A DNA stretch of 64,000 nt. It comes from Saccharolobus islandicus REY15A (lineage in GTDB: Archaea; Thermoproteota; Thermoprotei_A; Sulfolobales; Sulfolobaceae). The stretch lies in NCBI RefSeq assembly GCF_000189555.1, contig NC_017276.1. One strand, 5' to 3'. The translations under genes and the position numbers were made by a program. The stretch's first letter is position 1; the number at the start of each line of letters is the position of its first letter. The notes below the pieces were generated by a model, which ran no database searches, had not been told where the DNA came from, and saw only the letters and a list, made by a program, of their open reading frames with translations. Shown piece after piece: positions 1-10,885 of this stretch.

Positions 1-940
1 ACTACTGGGTCAATCCTTAAGAGTAGACCAAATGTGGTCCTTGATGACATATCCCTTAAGTCCTCTGCAAGATTTAGTGATATAATAGGTATACCTATTA
101 TGTAAGCTTTTTGAGCTCTAAATCCTGGAATATAGGTGGGTCTTTCCGATTCTGGATTGCGAATATCTAGAAATGGATATAACCTATATACATCCTTTTG
201 TGGATCAATATGTATGAGGGTACCACCATAGAATGCAATTAGCTTGTTCTGTATTTTTGCACCATTTGTCCTCCAACACGTCTTATCTGTATCTTCTTAT
301 TGCTTTCTAATGGAAAGTCAAATGACTCTACAAACTTGTATTCACCATTAAGTGTATTATATACCATTATCGATGAAACATCAGTGTGTATAGGATTAAA
401 TATCGTGGCGTAGATTTTATTATCCTTCATTTCCATCTTATATACAGTACGATTCTTCACCAGAAATTCTGCATCTCTAGTAGATACACCTACTTTTCAC
501 AAGCCTAATTCAGCATGCCCATCGGCTCTACTGAAGTAGACTGCATCCTCGTGCTGGTCGTAAAGTAAGTCAGTTACCTCACCATACCAATTGTTTGGAG
601 GAATTTTATCATCCCACTTCCTACTCCATAGAATTTCTACTTTATCATCGTCATATATCATGTGTATATGACTATACTTCATCCGCATATCCTGATATTT
701 CAAAATCCTCTCATATTGTGATACCTCTATCATTCCCGGAGGTGTCTTAAGCCATCCACCTATGAATAATAAATCTTTAGACCAAGTTAATGCAGCATAT
801 GTATCATCTGCTACTCTAGGTGGCTTGGCTAACTTTTCATTTCTATATATTACTTCTCCATTGGAATAAACTTTAGCCGCATGTCCATCATGAACTATCA
901 TGTTTCTGGAAATCGGATGAAAGCCTATAGAGAGATCTAA
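1..940 (-). pseudogene. Degraded DUF2139-like archaeal protein gene (runs off the left edge)
   Basis: ORFs 497..901 and 239..460 are in the same frame, separated by a TGA at 497-499 (GL*KVGV, probably a former TGG). A frameshift near 265-272 continues as AKIQNKLIAF...RTTFGLLLRIDPV to the edge. Motifs GGW, KYSHIH, GEV..L.YD and RADGH.ELG recall DUF2139. Confidence 0.7.
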
Positions 941-1127
941 ACTGATGATGACCTAATGCTATTTCATTATGTTGAACAAACTCTTTTAAGACTAGCTTTG
1001 GCTTATCCAATATTTACCCCGAATAGAAGTATATGAGATTGCCTATTTAATTCTTTAGCGTTACTATTTAGAAGTTTCTAATATTTTAATAAAGCTTTAA
1101 TTACACTCTCTTGTTTGTAGATACTAT

Positions 1128-2837
1128 ATGAGATCGTTTTATAGGCCAAAAATAGATCTTCAAGGCTTTTGGAAATTCAAGATAGATAGTGAGAATGTTG
1201 GGGAAAAGAACGAGTGGGGTAAAGGTTTAGAATCTGAAGATATTATTTACGTGCCGGCTTCTTGGAATGAGCAAAACCCACAATGGGATCAGTTTTCTAG
1301 TATAGCGTGGTATCAGAAGGATCTGTTTGTTAGTAGTTATGAGAGTAAGAAGGCTTGGATAGTATTTGAGGGGGCAGGATACATCACAAAACTTTGGATT
1401 AATGGAGAATATGTAGGAACTCATGAGGGATCATTTACACAATTCAAATTTCCAATTAAACTTAATACTAATGAATTTAATAAAATAGTAGTAAAGATAG
1501 ATAACACACCATCACCCTACAACTTACCCCCAGCTAAAGATCTAAACATTGCAGCATTTGACTTCTTCAACTATGGAGGGATCCAGAGACCAGTTTACAT
1601 AGAGTTTGTAGATGAATGTCACGTAGAAGATATAACAGTATATACTAAATCCAATGGACATCTAAAGGTAGAGATTTTGCCAGAATGTAATCAAAAGTAC
1701 AGCCTAAGATTTAAATTAGTTGATAAAGAGGGAAAAGTCCTATTAGATGAGGAGAGTAGTAACGAAATATATGAAAAAGATGTAGGTAATGTTACGCCGT
1801 GGTCTCCAGATAATCCTTACTTATACACTCTCATAGTGGAAATATACGTTGATGAAAATCTGAAGGACTCGATTTATGAACGTATAGGCTTTAGAGATGT
1901 AGAGGTGAAGAATGGCAGAATATACTTGAACGGTAAGCCCATATTCTTAAAGGGCTTTGGAAGACATGAGGATTTTCCAATACTAGGTAAATTTATGTAC
2001 GGGGCAGTATTAGTTAGGGATTTTTACCTTATGAGAAAAATTGGAGCTAACTCGTTTAGAACTTCCCACTACCCTTATTCAAATGAACATTTAGATTTAG
2101 CCGATGAAATGGGATTTTTGGTCATATTAGAGCCACCTTTATGTTATTCCAATATTAGTAGGGTGATGAGCCAAGAGGAGATTGCTAAGATGTTCAGTGA
2201 TATAAAGTACTTCGAAAAGGTAAAGCATACGATAAAGGAAATGATTAGGCAACATAAAAATAGACCTTCAGTAATAATGTATAGCGTTATGAATGAACCC
2301 CCTAGCGATATGTATGAAGTTGCAGAGTTTATAAAGAAAGAAGTTAAATTCTTGAAGACTTTGGATTCTTCTAGGCCAGTAACTTTCGCCTCTCATAGAT
2401 CAGTACGAGACCTAGCGTTAGAATATGTTGACATAATCTCCTTAAACTATTATCATGGGTGGTATACTGAGTGGGGAGATATTGATAGTGGTGTAAGGAC
2501 TGTCGCAATGGAATTAGAGGAAATTCATAAGAAGTTTCCAGAGAAGCCAATAATCATTACCGAATTTGGTGCTGATGCAATATATGGCCTTCATAGCGAT
2601 CCTCCCCAAATGTGGTCGGAGGAATATCAAAGTGAAATGATAAGAAAGTATATAGAAGCCTTAAGGAAGAACAATTACATAGTAGGCTTTCACATTTGGA
2701 ACTTTGCTGACTTTAGAACCCCTCAAAATCCAGGGAGAACAATACTTAATAGGAAAGGAATATTTACTAGAGATAGGCAGCCTAAATCGGCAGCTAAAGT
2801 AGTTGAGGAATTATTCAAAAATAAATTGTCTTCTTAA
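1128..2837 (+). CDS. gusB: GH2 beta-glucuronidase
   Basis: GH2 motifs: VPASWN, DFFNYGGIQRPV, GFGRHED, NSFRTSHYPY, WSVMNEP-like acid/base (YSVMNEP), ITEFGAD nucleophile, WNFADF, NRKG. Confidence 0.92.
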   Translation: MRSFYRPKIDLQGFWKFKIDSENVGEKNEWGKGLESEDIIYVPASWNEQNPQWDQFSSIAWYQKDLFVSSYESKKAWIVFEGAGYITKLWINGEYVGTHEGSFTQFKFPIKLNTNEFNKIVVKIDNTPSPYNLPPAKDLNIAAFDFFNYGGIQRPVYIEFVDECHVEDITVYTKSNGHLKVEILPECNQKYSLRFKLVDKEGKVLLDEESSNEIYEKDVGNVTPWSPDNPYLYTLIVEIYVDENLKDSIYERIGFRDVEVKNGRIYLNGKPIFLKGFGRHEDFPILGKFMYGAVLVRDFYLMRKIGANSFRTSHYPYSNEHLDLADEMGFLVILEPPLCYSNISRVMSQEEIAKMFSDIKYFEKVKHTIKEMIRQHKNRPSVIMYSVMNEPPSDMYEVAEFIKKEVKFLKTLDSSRPVTFASHRSVRDLALEYVDIISLNYYHGWYTEWGDIDSGVRTVAMELEEIHKKFPEKPIIITEFGADAIYGLHSDPPQMWSEEYQSEMIRKYIEALRKNNYIVGFHIWNFADFRTPQNPGRTILNRKGIFTRDRQPKSAAKVVEELFKNKLSS

Positions 2838-3159
2838 GGTAATAGCAAGTGCATATGTTTTATTTTTCAAATAACGTTAGCATCCGTCTTAGTTGTCTTA
2901 AAAGATTTCCCAGGAAGTTACAGCGATCATTTTTATTTTATTCTCTATCTGGATATTGTTCTGATAAACACTATAGGTTTAAAATTCTTTACCGTGGTAT
3001 CTAACTATTCTCTTGCTTAGAGACAGCTTTACATTTACGTCATCGTTATCCTGTGTAGGATGGTCTAAATTCACTTACTAGCTCAAAATTAACCTCTACG
3101 TGACTTGGAGAAGAAAATTAACCTTTATAAGAGCGGACCAGCTCATCATATCACCTGCC

Positions 3160-4068
3160 TTACCTTATACCATTTTTCTCAAAGTTTAATATCTGATTTA
3201 TTTTCTCTATAATCTTTCTCTTAACATCTTCACTTATCACATCGTCTAAATTCGGTAGTGGGGGTCGTGTAACATAGCTTGAGATTAAACCACGTAACCA
3301 AGCTCCTAGCTTAGCTAAATGGGACATTGTCAAGGGGAATTTTATAAATGTCCTATACTCTAAGAGTAAATCATATAGTCTTATGGTAGTATCTATATCC
3401 CTCTTTTTCTCGTAACTCTCATAAATCATAAAAGGCAATGAGGAAAACGAGCCCATTGAGGTAGTAAATCCCTTAGCCCCTAAAACTAGACCCAATAACG
3501 CTCTCTCTTCTAAACCATCTATTACATCTATCTTATCCCCTACAAGTCTCAATACTTCCTTAAATTCTACAACATTATACCTAGCCTCTTTCAGCACCTT
3601 AAAACTGGGTATTATATCGCTTAATCTCTTTATTAGTTGAGGGGAAAGATCTATACCTGCTGATGATGGATTATTATATAATGTTATGGTTAAATCACAC
3701 AATTCAGAGACTTTGATGAAATAATCCATTATTCCCTTTTCGTTACCCTTTAAGTAGTAAGGAGGTAAGATCATAATTTTATCGACACCTATCTCCTTAT
3801 ATTTTTTGCAAAGTTCAGCAGTTTCTAAAAAGGAGGTAGATGATGCACCAGCTATGATCTCCCCCTTACTTAATGCCTTTCTTACCTGATCAATAACTCT
3901 AACTTTTTCTTTGAAGGTAAGTGAGGAGAATTCACCAGCAGTACCTAGAGGTACAATATACTTATACCCAACACTCTCTGCGAATTCTACAATCCTTTTT
4001 AGCCCTTCTAAGTCTAGCTCAAATGTTTTGGTAAAAGGCGTCACGTTAGTTAGGAAAACCCCATTCAT
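3160..4068 (-). CDS. DHDPS/N-acetylneuraminate lyase family class I aldolase or dehydratase
   Basis: TPF, GTAGEF, PPYY, LYNNP and Schiff-base Lys (KEA) motifs; 302 aa. Confidence 0.88.
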   Translation of the reverse strand: MNGVFLTNVTPFTKTFELDLEGLKRIVEFAESVGYKYIVPLGTAGEFSSLTFKEKVRVIDQVRKALSKGEIIAGASSTSFLETAELCKKYKEIGVDKIMILPPYYLKGNEKGIMDYFIKVSELCDLTITLYNNPSSAGIDLSPQLIKRLSDIIPSFKVLKEARYNVVEFKEVLRLVGDKIDVIDGLEERALLGLVLGAKGFTTSMGSFSSLPFMIYESYEKKRDIDTTIRLYDLLLEYRTFIKFPLTMSHLAKLGAWLRGLISSYVTRPPLPNLDDVISEDVKRKIIEKINQILNFEKNGIR

Positions 4069-4933
4069 ATCTTCATCTTCGTAGAAAATTTATAAAATAT
4101 ATTGCTAACCTTTTTCCCAATGGAAATTGTGTTTACTAGCTTTACATTTATCTAGAGTTAAGCTTAGAGGATGTTGTAGAGAGAAGGAGTAAGGTTGGGC
4201 TTGATGTAGGAGTTGATAGTAGTAGATAATGGTAAACATTCGAAATCAGAGTTTTTCTTCCAACAAATAAGGAAGGACAGAAATCTTTCCTCCATAACAA
4301 CTTCTGATTTGGTAGATATGATAGGTTCCATTTCGCTGGTAAAACTGAGACAAAAATGAAGAGAAAATATTTTTTGGAAACATTAATAAAAATGGGTAGC
4401 AGCAGTCTAAACGCTTTGGGAGTGAGAGTATATGGAGGGCGAAGTCGCAGAAGAAAAGACCAATTCACGGAATAGCTTAATCATTGATAGGATTAATGAA
4501 ATTACCTAAGACTATTACGTTAAAATTCTCATAGAAATTTCATGCGAAGGATTCACGATTAAACTTTTATGAGAACTTAATGGGGATTTAGGATTCGTCT
4601 ATGATCCCACTAACGTGTTTTTTCAGATGATTCTCATAATGGGGTTTTCCCGTTAATATCTGAAGGAATATTCCAAGTTCATATTGAGGATTTTGCGATA
4701 CAGAATAAAAAGTAAAGAACTTGATAAACAATGTAAAGGTATAGTTCCTTTTATAGAAGATAACTAAAGACTTAAAGAGCATTGGCTAGAGATATTATTT
4801 ATCAGTTGAGTGCCAGAAAATGTGACATCTAGAACTAGATAGTAGTGATGCTATATTATCAAAATATTTCTCTTATTTAAAGAGCTTACTTATTCGCTGT
4901 ATAGTAGAGAAGTATTTAAACTAGTCAAGATAT

Positions 4934-4941
4934 AACATGTA
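4934..4941 (+). promoter_or_regulatory. Ara-box-like element upstream of the GH3 gene
   Basis: AACATGTA (consensus AACATGTT, 1 mismatch) about 10 nt upstream of a TATA-like CTTAAATA (4952-4959); start codon at 4982. Confidence 0.5.
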
Positions 4942-4981
4942 AATCTAAACTCTTAAATATAAATAGAGATATTTTATTATC

Positions 4982-7246
4982 GTGAACTCTATAAGGAGTC
5001 TTCTAAATCAGATGAACTTGGAGGAAAAAATAGCTCAACTTCAAGCTATACCAATAGACGCTCTTATAGAGGAAAAGGAATTCTCTGAGGAAAAAGCAAA
5101 AAAATATCTAAAATTAGGAATAGGGCAGATCACTAGAGTGGCTGGTAGCAGATTAGGACTAAAACCGAAAGAAGTCGCAAAACTAGTTAATAAAATTCAA
5201 AAATTTCTAGTAGAAAATACCAGGATGAAGATTCCAGCAATAATACACGAAGAATGTCTATCTGGTTTAATGGGATACTCTTCTACAGCATTTCCTCAAG
5301 CGATTGGGTTGGCTAGTACTTGGAATCTTGAATTAGTTATGGATATAGCATCAGTCATAAGATCTCAAGCAAGACTAGTTGGAGTTAACCAATGTCTTTC
5401 TCCCGTGTTAGACGTTTGTAAAGACCCAAGATGGGGAAGATGCGAAGAGACTTATGGGGAAGACCCATACTTAGTAGCTTCAATGGGATTAGCATATATT
5501 ACCGGGTTACAAGGTGATAATCAATTGGTAGCGACTGCAAAGCATTTCGCAGCTCATGGTTTCCCAGAAGGTGGAAGAAATATTGCACAAGTGCATGTTG
5601 GAAATAGAGAATTGAGGGAAACGTTCCTCTTTCCCTTTGAGGTTGCCGTAAAGATAGGAAAAGTAATGTCGATTATGCCTGCATATCATGAGATTGATGG
5701 AATACCATGCCATGGCAATCCCCAATTATTAACTAATATTTTAAGACAAGAATGGGGATTTGATGGAATAGTAGTATCTGATTACGATGGTATTAGACAA
5801 TTAGAGACAATACACAGGGTTGCATCAAATAAGATGGAGGCCGCTATTTTGGCTCTGGAATCTGGCGTGGATATAGAGTTTCCTACTATAGATTGCTATA
5901 GTGAACCATTAGTTAATGCTCTAACGGAGGGTTTGGTCCCAGAGTCTCTAATAGATAGGGCCGTCGAGAGAGTTTTACGAATTAAAGATAGACTTGGACT
6001 TTTGGACAATCCATTTGTTAATGAAAATTCGGTTCCAGAAAAGTTAGATGATCACAAATCGAGAGAATTAGCGTTAAAGACAGCTAGAGAGTCAATAGTT
6101 CTCCTTAAAAATGAAAATAACATACTACCTCTAAGCAAGAATGTTAATAAAATTGCAGTAATAGGACCAAATGCTAATGATCCAAGAAATATGTTAGGAG
6201 ATTATACTTATACTGGACATCTAAATATAGATAGCGGGATAGAGATCGTAACAGTACTTCAAGGAGTAGTTAAGAAGGTTGGGGAAAGTAAAGTGCTTTA
6301 CGCAAAGGGGTGCGATATTGCAAGCGAATCAAAAGAAGGATTTGCCGAGGCAATAGAGATAGCAAGGCAAGCCGACGTAATAATAGCAGTCATGGGTGAG
6401 AAATCAGGATTGCCGCTATCATGGACGGATATTCCTTCAGAAGAAGAGTTTAAGAAATATCAAGCAGTTACTGGAGAAGGTAATGATAGGAGTAGTCTAA
6501 GATTACCTGGAGTTCAAGAGGAATTACTCAAAGAACTATACAAGACTGGAAAACCAATAATCTTAGTTTTAATTAATGGTAGACCCTTAGTTCTTTCACC
6601 AATAATTAATTACGTTAAAGCAGTAATTGAAGCATGGTTTCCAGGAGAAGAAGGAGGAAATGCCATAGCTGATGTAATATTTGGAGACTACAATCCAAGT
6701 GGACGCTTACCTATAACGTTCCCAATGGATACTGGGCAAATACCATTATATTATAATAGGAAACCATCTTCCTTTAGACCATACGTTATGCTCCGTTCAT
6801 CTCCATTATTTACATTTGGATATGGATTAAGTTACACTCAATTTGAATATTCTAACCTTGAAGTAACGCCAAAAGAGATAGGACCTAACAGTAATATTGC
6901 CATTTCAATAGATGTTAAAAATGTGGGGAAAATGGAAGGTGATGATGTAGTTCAACTATATGTTTCAAAAACCTTTTCTAGTGTTGCTAGACCAGTTAAG
7001 GAATTAAAAGGATTTGCTAAGATTCATCTTAAACCCGGTGAAAAGAGAAGAGTGAAATTCATATTACCCACGGAGGCATTAGCGTTTTATGACAGCTTTA
7101 TGCGACTAGTAGTAGAGAAAGGTGAATATCAGTTATTAATAGGAAATTCTTCTGAAAACATAATTCTTAGGGATATATTTAGAATAAAAGAAACAAAACC
7201 TATTGTAGAAAGAAGAATATTTCTATCGAATGTACAAATTGAATAA
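4982..7246 (+). CDS. xarS: GH3 beta-xylosidase/alpha-L-arabinosidase
   Basis: GH3 motifs HEECLSG, DPRWGRCEETYGEDP, KHFAAHG, VVSDY nucleophile, ESIVLLKN, C-terminal FnIII-like domain; GTG start. Confidence 0.92.
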   Translation: MNSIRSLLNQMNLEEKIAQLQAIPIDALIEEKEFSEEKAKKYLKLGIGQITRVAGSRLGLKPKEVAKLVNKIQKFLVENTRMKIPAIIHEECLSGLMGYSSTAFPQAIGLASTWNLELVMDIASVIRSQARLVGVNQCLSPVLDVCKDPRWGRCEETYGEDPYLVASMGLAYITGLQGDNQLVATAKHFAAHGFPEGGRNIAQVHVGNRELRETFLFPFEVAVKIGKVMSIMPAYHEIDGIPCHGNPQLLTNILRQEWGFDGIVVSDYDGIRQLETIHRVASNKMEAAILALESGVDIEFPTIDCYSEPLVNALTEGLVPESLIDRAVERVLRIKDRLGLLDNPFVNENSVPEKLDDHKSRELALKTARESIVLLKNENNILPLSKNVNKIAVIGPNANDPRNMLGDYTYTGHLNIDSGIEIVTVLQGVVKKVGESKVLYAKGCDIASESKEGFAEAIEIARQADVIIAVMGEKSGLPLSWTDIPSEEEFKKYQAVTGEGNDRSSLRLPGVQEELLKELYKTGKPIILVLINGRPLVLSPIINYVKAVIEAWFPGEEGGNAIADVIFGDYNPSGRLPITFPMDTGQIPLYYNRKPSSFRPYVMLRSSPLFTFGYGLSYTQFEYSNLEVTPKEIGPNSNIAISIDVKNVGKMEGDDVVQLYVSKTFSSVARPVKELKGFAKIHLKPGEKRRVKFILPTEALAFYDSFMRLVVEKGEYQLLIGNSSENIILRDIFRIKETKPIVERRIFLSNVQIE

Positions 7247-7278
7247 ATAAATAGAAAAATTTTAGCTTTATTTTTCTT

Positions 7279-7368
7279 TTATCTTCTTCTTAGGCCTAGT
7301 ACTATTGTCACCATTATTATAATTATTATTACAACAGCTATTATGGCGTATATTGCGTCAAATGGTTC
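7279..7368 (-). pseudogene. Orphan 3' end of a membrane-anchored surface or solute-binding protein
   Basis: Minus frame reads EPFDAIYAIIAVVIIIIIMVTIVLGLRRR* (TM helix plus basic tail), bounded upstream by an in-frame TAG with no start codon. Confidence 0.55.
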
Positions 7369-7526
7369 CTAAGGGTATGCAAGTCCAGGTCGGAGATACA
7401 TAGGAGGGTCAAGAAGTTTAGGTTAAAGGGATACCAGTTATAGTTGTGGTAGCTAAAGGTGAAAAATAATGGCAAAAAGTAAAAAATAACCCCGGGAATG
7501 GGTATACTATAGGAAATACTAGTGAA

Positions 7527-7763
7527 ATGAAAGTTAACCTAATGCATATAGCTGATGAAATTAACGTCCCAATACTCATTGCCCATTCGAAAGGTGATGA
7601 GGTATTAGATTTCAGATTTTCAATGGAGTTTTACAATCAAATAAAGTTTACTGATAAACAAATATTACTATTTGACAAGGGTGGACATATATTTTACGAT
7701 TATGAAGTTAGGCAGAGATTGTATAAAGAAGTAACTGAGTGGTTAATTAAGAGATTAAAATAA
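7527..7763 (+). pseudogene. C-terminal fragment of an alpha/beta hydrolase
   Basis: PILIAHSKGDEVL...GGH (catalytic Asp and His region) present; nucleophile half absent; in-frame stop near 7467. Confidence 0.7.
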
Positions 7764-7789
7764 GACTTTACTTTTAACTAACAATTATA

Positions 7790-8599
7790 TCAACTTGTTA
7801 TCTCCCTTAATATTTTCATTAAGCCATTGAAGGACTCCTTAGTACTTGCCTCTGGGTCATTTGCGGCATTTCTATAATGAGTTTCTAAAGATATTACATA
7901 TGGCTTACCCTTTAATACTCTTAATTGCCCCTTATAGTCTATCATCCCTTTTCCCACTGGCATCCAAATGAAGTGCCCATCTTTAACCATAGCGTCTTTG
8001 ATGTGCAAGTGCATGATGTCATCTTTTATTAATTCGTATCCGTCTGGATAAGGCGTTTCCCTAGCGAAAAATGCATTACCAGGATCCCATAATACCCTAA
8101 CCCATTTTGACTTTATTTTGTCCAAAAACGTTCTAAGTTCTTTACCAGTTCCCACGAGACAACTGTACTCATTCTCTATCACTAATGTTACCCCTTCACT
8201 TTCAGCTATATCAATGGCACTGTTAAACCTCTCAGCTAGCTTATCAATATAATATTTTAATTCTCCCTCGTACCAAAAGGTGAATATTCTAGTATAGTTT
8301 ATGTCAAATTTCTTACTTAACTCTATTACCTTCCTCAAGATTTGTAAGTGCTCTTTATAACCCTTCTCGTCATTAATGTATATTTTAAAGGTAGGAGAAT
8401 CTAAATTCGAAATAGCTAACCCATATTTTTCAACAATGTTCCTTATTTCTGAAAATTCGGAGTCTGATACTTGTGTTATATTCTTATTCCATAAATTTCT
8501 TACTTCAACGTGACTTGCACCTAGCTCTTTTATCATTTTTACTGCGTGCTCGAAATCGAGAGAGATCTCGTCTGATATGATTCCTACTTTCCAATCCAT
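7790..8599 (-). CDS. Sugar phosphate isomerase/epimerase family protein (xylose-isomerase-like TIM barrel, AP_endonuc_2)
   Basis: Metal ligands IENE, WDPGN, HLHIKD, SLETH; PVGKGMIDY. Confidence 0.88.
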   Translation of the reverse strand: MDWKVGIISDEISLDFEHAVKMIKELGASHVEVRNLWNKNITQVSDSEFSEIRNIVEKYGLAISNLDSPTFKIYINDEKGYKEHLQILRKVIELSKKFDINYTRIFTFWYEGELKYYIDKLAERFNSAIDIAESEGVTLVIENEYSCLVGTGKELRTFLDKIKSKWVRVLWDPGNAFFARETPYPDGYELIKDDIMHLHIKDAMVKDGHFIWMPVGKGMIDYKGQLRVLKGKPYVISLETHYRNAANDPEASTKESFNGLMKILREITS

Positions 8600-9047
8600 G
8601 TGGTATAAGACCTTTTCCGAGCTTAAATTTTTTGGCTTTTACAAGAGACGTATTTTTGCCTTGTTTCTGATATAACTACGATCCATATTAACCAACATGG
8701 TAGTTAGCGCTATATCAGAGATAATTTACCTTTTTGATAATATACTTTATATATTTCCGAATAAAACTCTTCTCTCAAAATAAGGAAGCAATCTATATGT
8801 TTTGCTGAGGCGATTCAAGTCTCTTTTACGAATTGTAATTCACTAATAAGATTGGCATAATAAAGTAAACTACTGAGCGTGGATCTCCACCTAGTCAGAG
8901 CGGCGATATTTAATTAAATTCATTACGATTCTTTAAATAAACTGAATTTCCAAAGGATGCGTGAATGGCTCCATTTTGCTATACTATATAAATAGAAATT
9001 TAGATAAAAGAACAATTTTTATTAAAAGGAAATTTTTGTAAAAACTT

Positions 9048-9959
9048 TCATGATGTTATCTGTATGCTTATATTACTAGACACTAATGCATATGCTATTA
9101 CGAAAAGGGAAGTAGTTTCTCCATTCATTGAAGAAATGTTATAGCCATATTCTATTTTTCCGTTAACATACTTATAGCTGGTCCAAACTCCGCCTTGAGA
9201 ACTTTGTAGTAGGGACATTATGTTGGAAACTTCTCTCGTCATATTGACGTATTTAGTTGCTAATAAGCAAGTATGGGGATTTAATTCTAAGGCTCTCCAT
9301 ACTATCAAGAAAAGTGCGAGTTTATATGACTGATAAGTATCATTATGATAAGCTGAGTCATTAAACCCGATTCCGTTCCACATTTTCACTAGGCTAATGA
9401 AGTTCTCCTCTGCCCCACTATAGTTTCCCAGATGCAACCATAATAATACCCTGTAAGCTAAAAGATCGGCATAGTCGTAGTAATTACTGATAGTGTGATT
9501 GAAAATCGTTGCGTTCAATGTGTAATTATCAATATTACCAACAATAATATCTACTCCGCTTTGAGGAGTTGTGGTACTAGGATATATTCCGAAAATTTCG
9601 AAGACTGAATTATAATATTTATACAAACCACCATAAGGCTTTATCGCAATCAATATCTGTTCGGCTAACATTTTTGCACTAACATTATGAGTTATATTGT
9701 AAATTAACATTAAAGCGTTATAATCTAAGGCTTGATCATCTGCAAGCCATATTGTATGGGACCCTGGATATTCCCTTAAAAGCCCCAAGCTAGTATTTAA
9801 AGACTCATAAAAGTTTAAAGCCTCCTCCAAATTAAAATTGAAATATACCTTTTGTTGTTCGCAAGTTTCTTGCTGGTTCCCTACCCTATAATATAGGAGA
9901 GCAATTACACCAACCAATAGAATTATGAGAACTATTAACACCTTATATCTTCCAGTCAT
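9048..9959 (-). CDS. Hypothetical secreted or membrane-anchored protein
   Basis: N-terminal hydrophobic helix after MTGRYK; many N-X-S/T sequons; 303 aa intact ORF with typical codon usage. Confidence 0.75.
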   Translation of the reverse strand: MTGRYKVLIVLIILLVGVIALLYYRVGNQQETCEQQKVYFNFNLEEALNFYESLNTSLGLLREYPGSHTIWLADDQALDYNALMLIYNITHNVSAKMLAEQILIAIKPYGGLYKYYNSVFEIFGIYPSTTTPQSGVDIIVGNIDNYTLNATIFNHTISNYYDYADLLAYRVLLWLHLGNYSGAEENFISLVKMWNGIGFNDSAYHNDTYQSYKLALFLIVWRALELNPHTCLLATKYVNMTREVSNIMSLLQSSQGGVWTSYKYVNGKIEYGYNISSMNGETTSLFVIAYALVSSNISIQITS

Positions 9960-10016
9960 AAAAATGTTTCTTTTGAAACGTAATATAAGATTTATGATGA
10001 AGTATTAGAGTGTGTC

Positions 10017-10810
10017 CATAGTGTCGTCATTAAGCTACAAATTCTGGGATTAACCTTCTCTCCCATAAGACTAGGGCTAGGGAGTACATCATGGTGCGAA
10101 TGCTCCTATTTACTGCCTTAGTACCCTCTTGAACCTAACCAGCCTATCCCTCACTGAGGAATGAAGAGATTCATTGGGATTAACGGGTGAGATAGCCATG
10201 TGATCTTTCAACCAGAAGTACAAGTCGTAATCATCGTTCACCAATCTACCCTCATCCGGCAAGTACTTCTTAACCTCGCTGAAAGCCCTTTCGTCCCTAT
10301 CACCAACTGAATAGATTAAGTAAAAACCAAGGCTTGTGTAAACGTAGCAAGTAAAGATCCATTTGTAGAAAGCCTTAGCATCTCTGTACAAATAAGTCCA
10401 CATCTCATCAACAACCTTAGCAGTAACCTTACCCTTGACCAAATCCTTAGCTTTACTTCACAATTCCACAAGCTTCTCATGCTTTTGCCCACCATATCGC
10501 TTAATCCAAGTGAAAACAGTACCACGATGCACGTTAAGCACACTGGATATGGCCCTTATACTCATACCATTAGCATACAACCTCAAAGCCTCCTCCCTCA
10601 ACTTCTTGGAATGGTGATGATAAGTAGCGTCAGCAAGGAAATACTTACCGGAATCCTACACAAATACCTCTGCCTACCCAAAGGCTTACCACACTTAACC
10701 ACGTGGTGACTACCACAAGAAGTACATGCTAAGTCTTCCCTAATTACAGGCTTCCTACCCATAAGTAATACTCGTTATACAAATACAAATAGCTTAATGA
10801 TCACACTATG
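10017..10810 (-). mobile_element. IS1-family element (ISC796-like), transposase frameshifted
   Basis: 21-bp TIRs CATAGTGTCGTCATTAAGCTA / TAGCTTAATGATCACACTATG (2 mismatches); Zn-ribbon N-terminus (CTSCGSHHVVKCG), HTH, VVDEMWTY catalytic domain in broken frames; no TSD (flanks AGTGTGTC / GATAATAT). Confidence 0.88.
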
Positions 10811-10885
10811 GATAATATTGATGCAATAGATGTAAATCTGACATCAGATTGTATGAAGAGAATTAAAGAGATAATAACGTACTAT

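Noticed and set aside
2840-3150. Short protein-like minus-strand stretch (DNDDVNVKLSLSKRIVRYHGKEF)
   Set aside because: Too short and stop-bounded; no recognisable family.
4148-4782. Minus-strand ORFs 4148..4468 and 4588..4782 as real genes
   Set aside because: Low-complexity Leu/Ser/Phe composition and no motifs; more likely shadows of decayed sequence.
8620-9000. Possible decayed gene in a 450-bp gap
   Set aside because: Fragments such as LGGDPRSVVYF could not be joined or assigned to a family.
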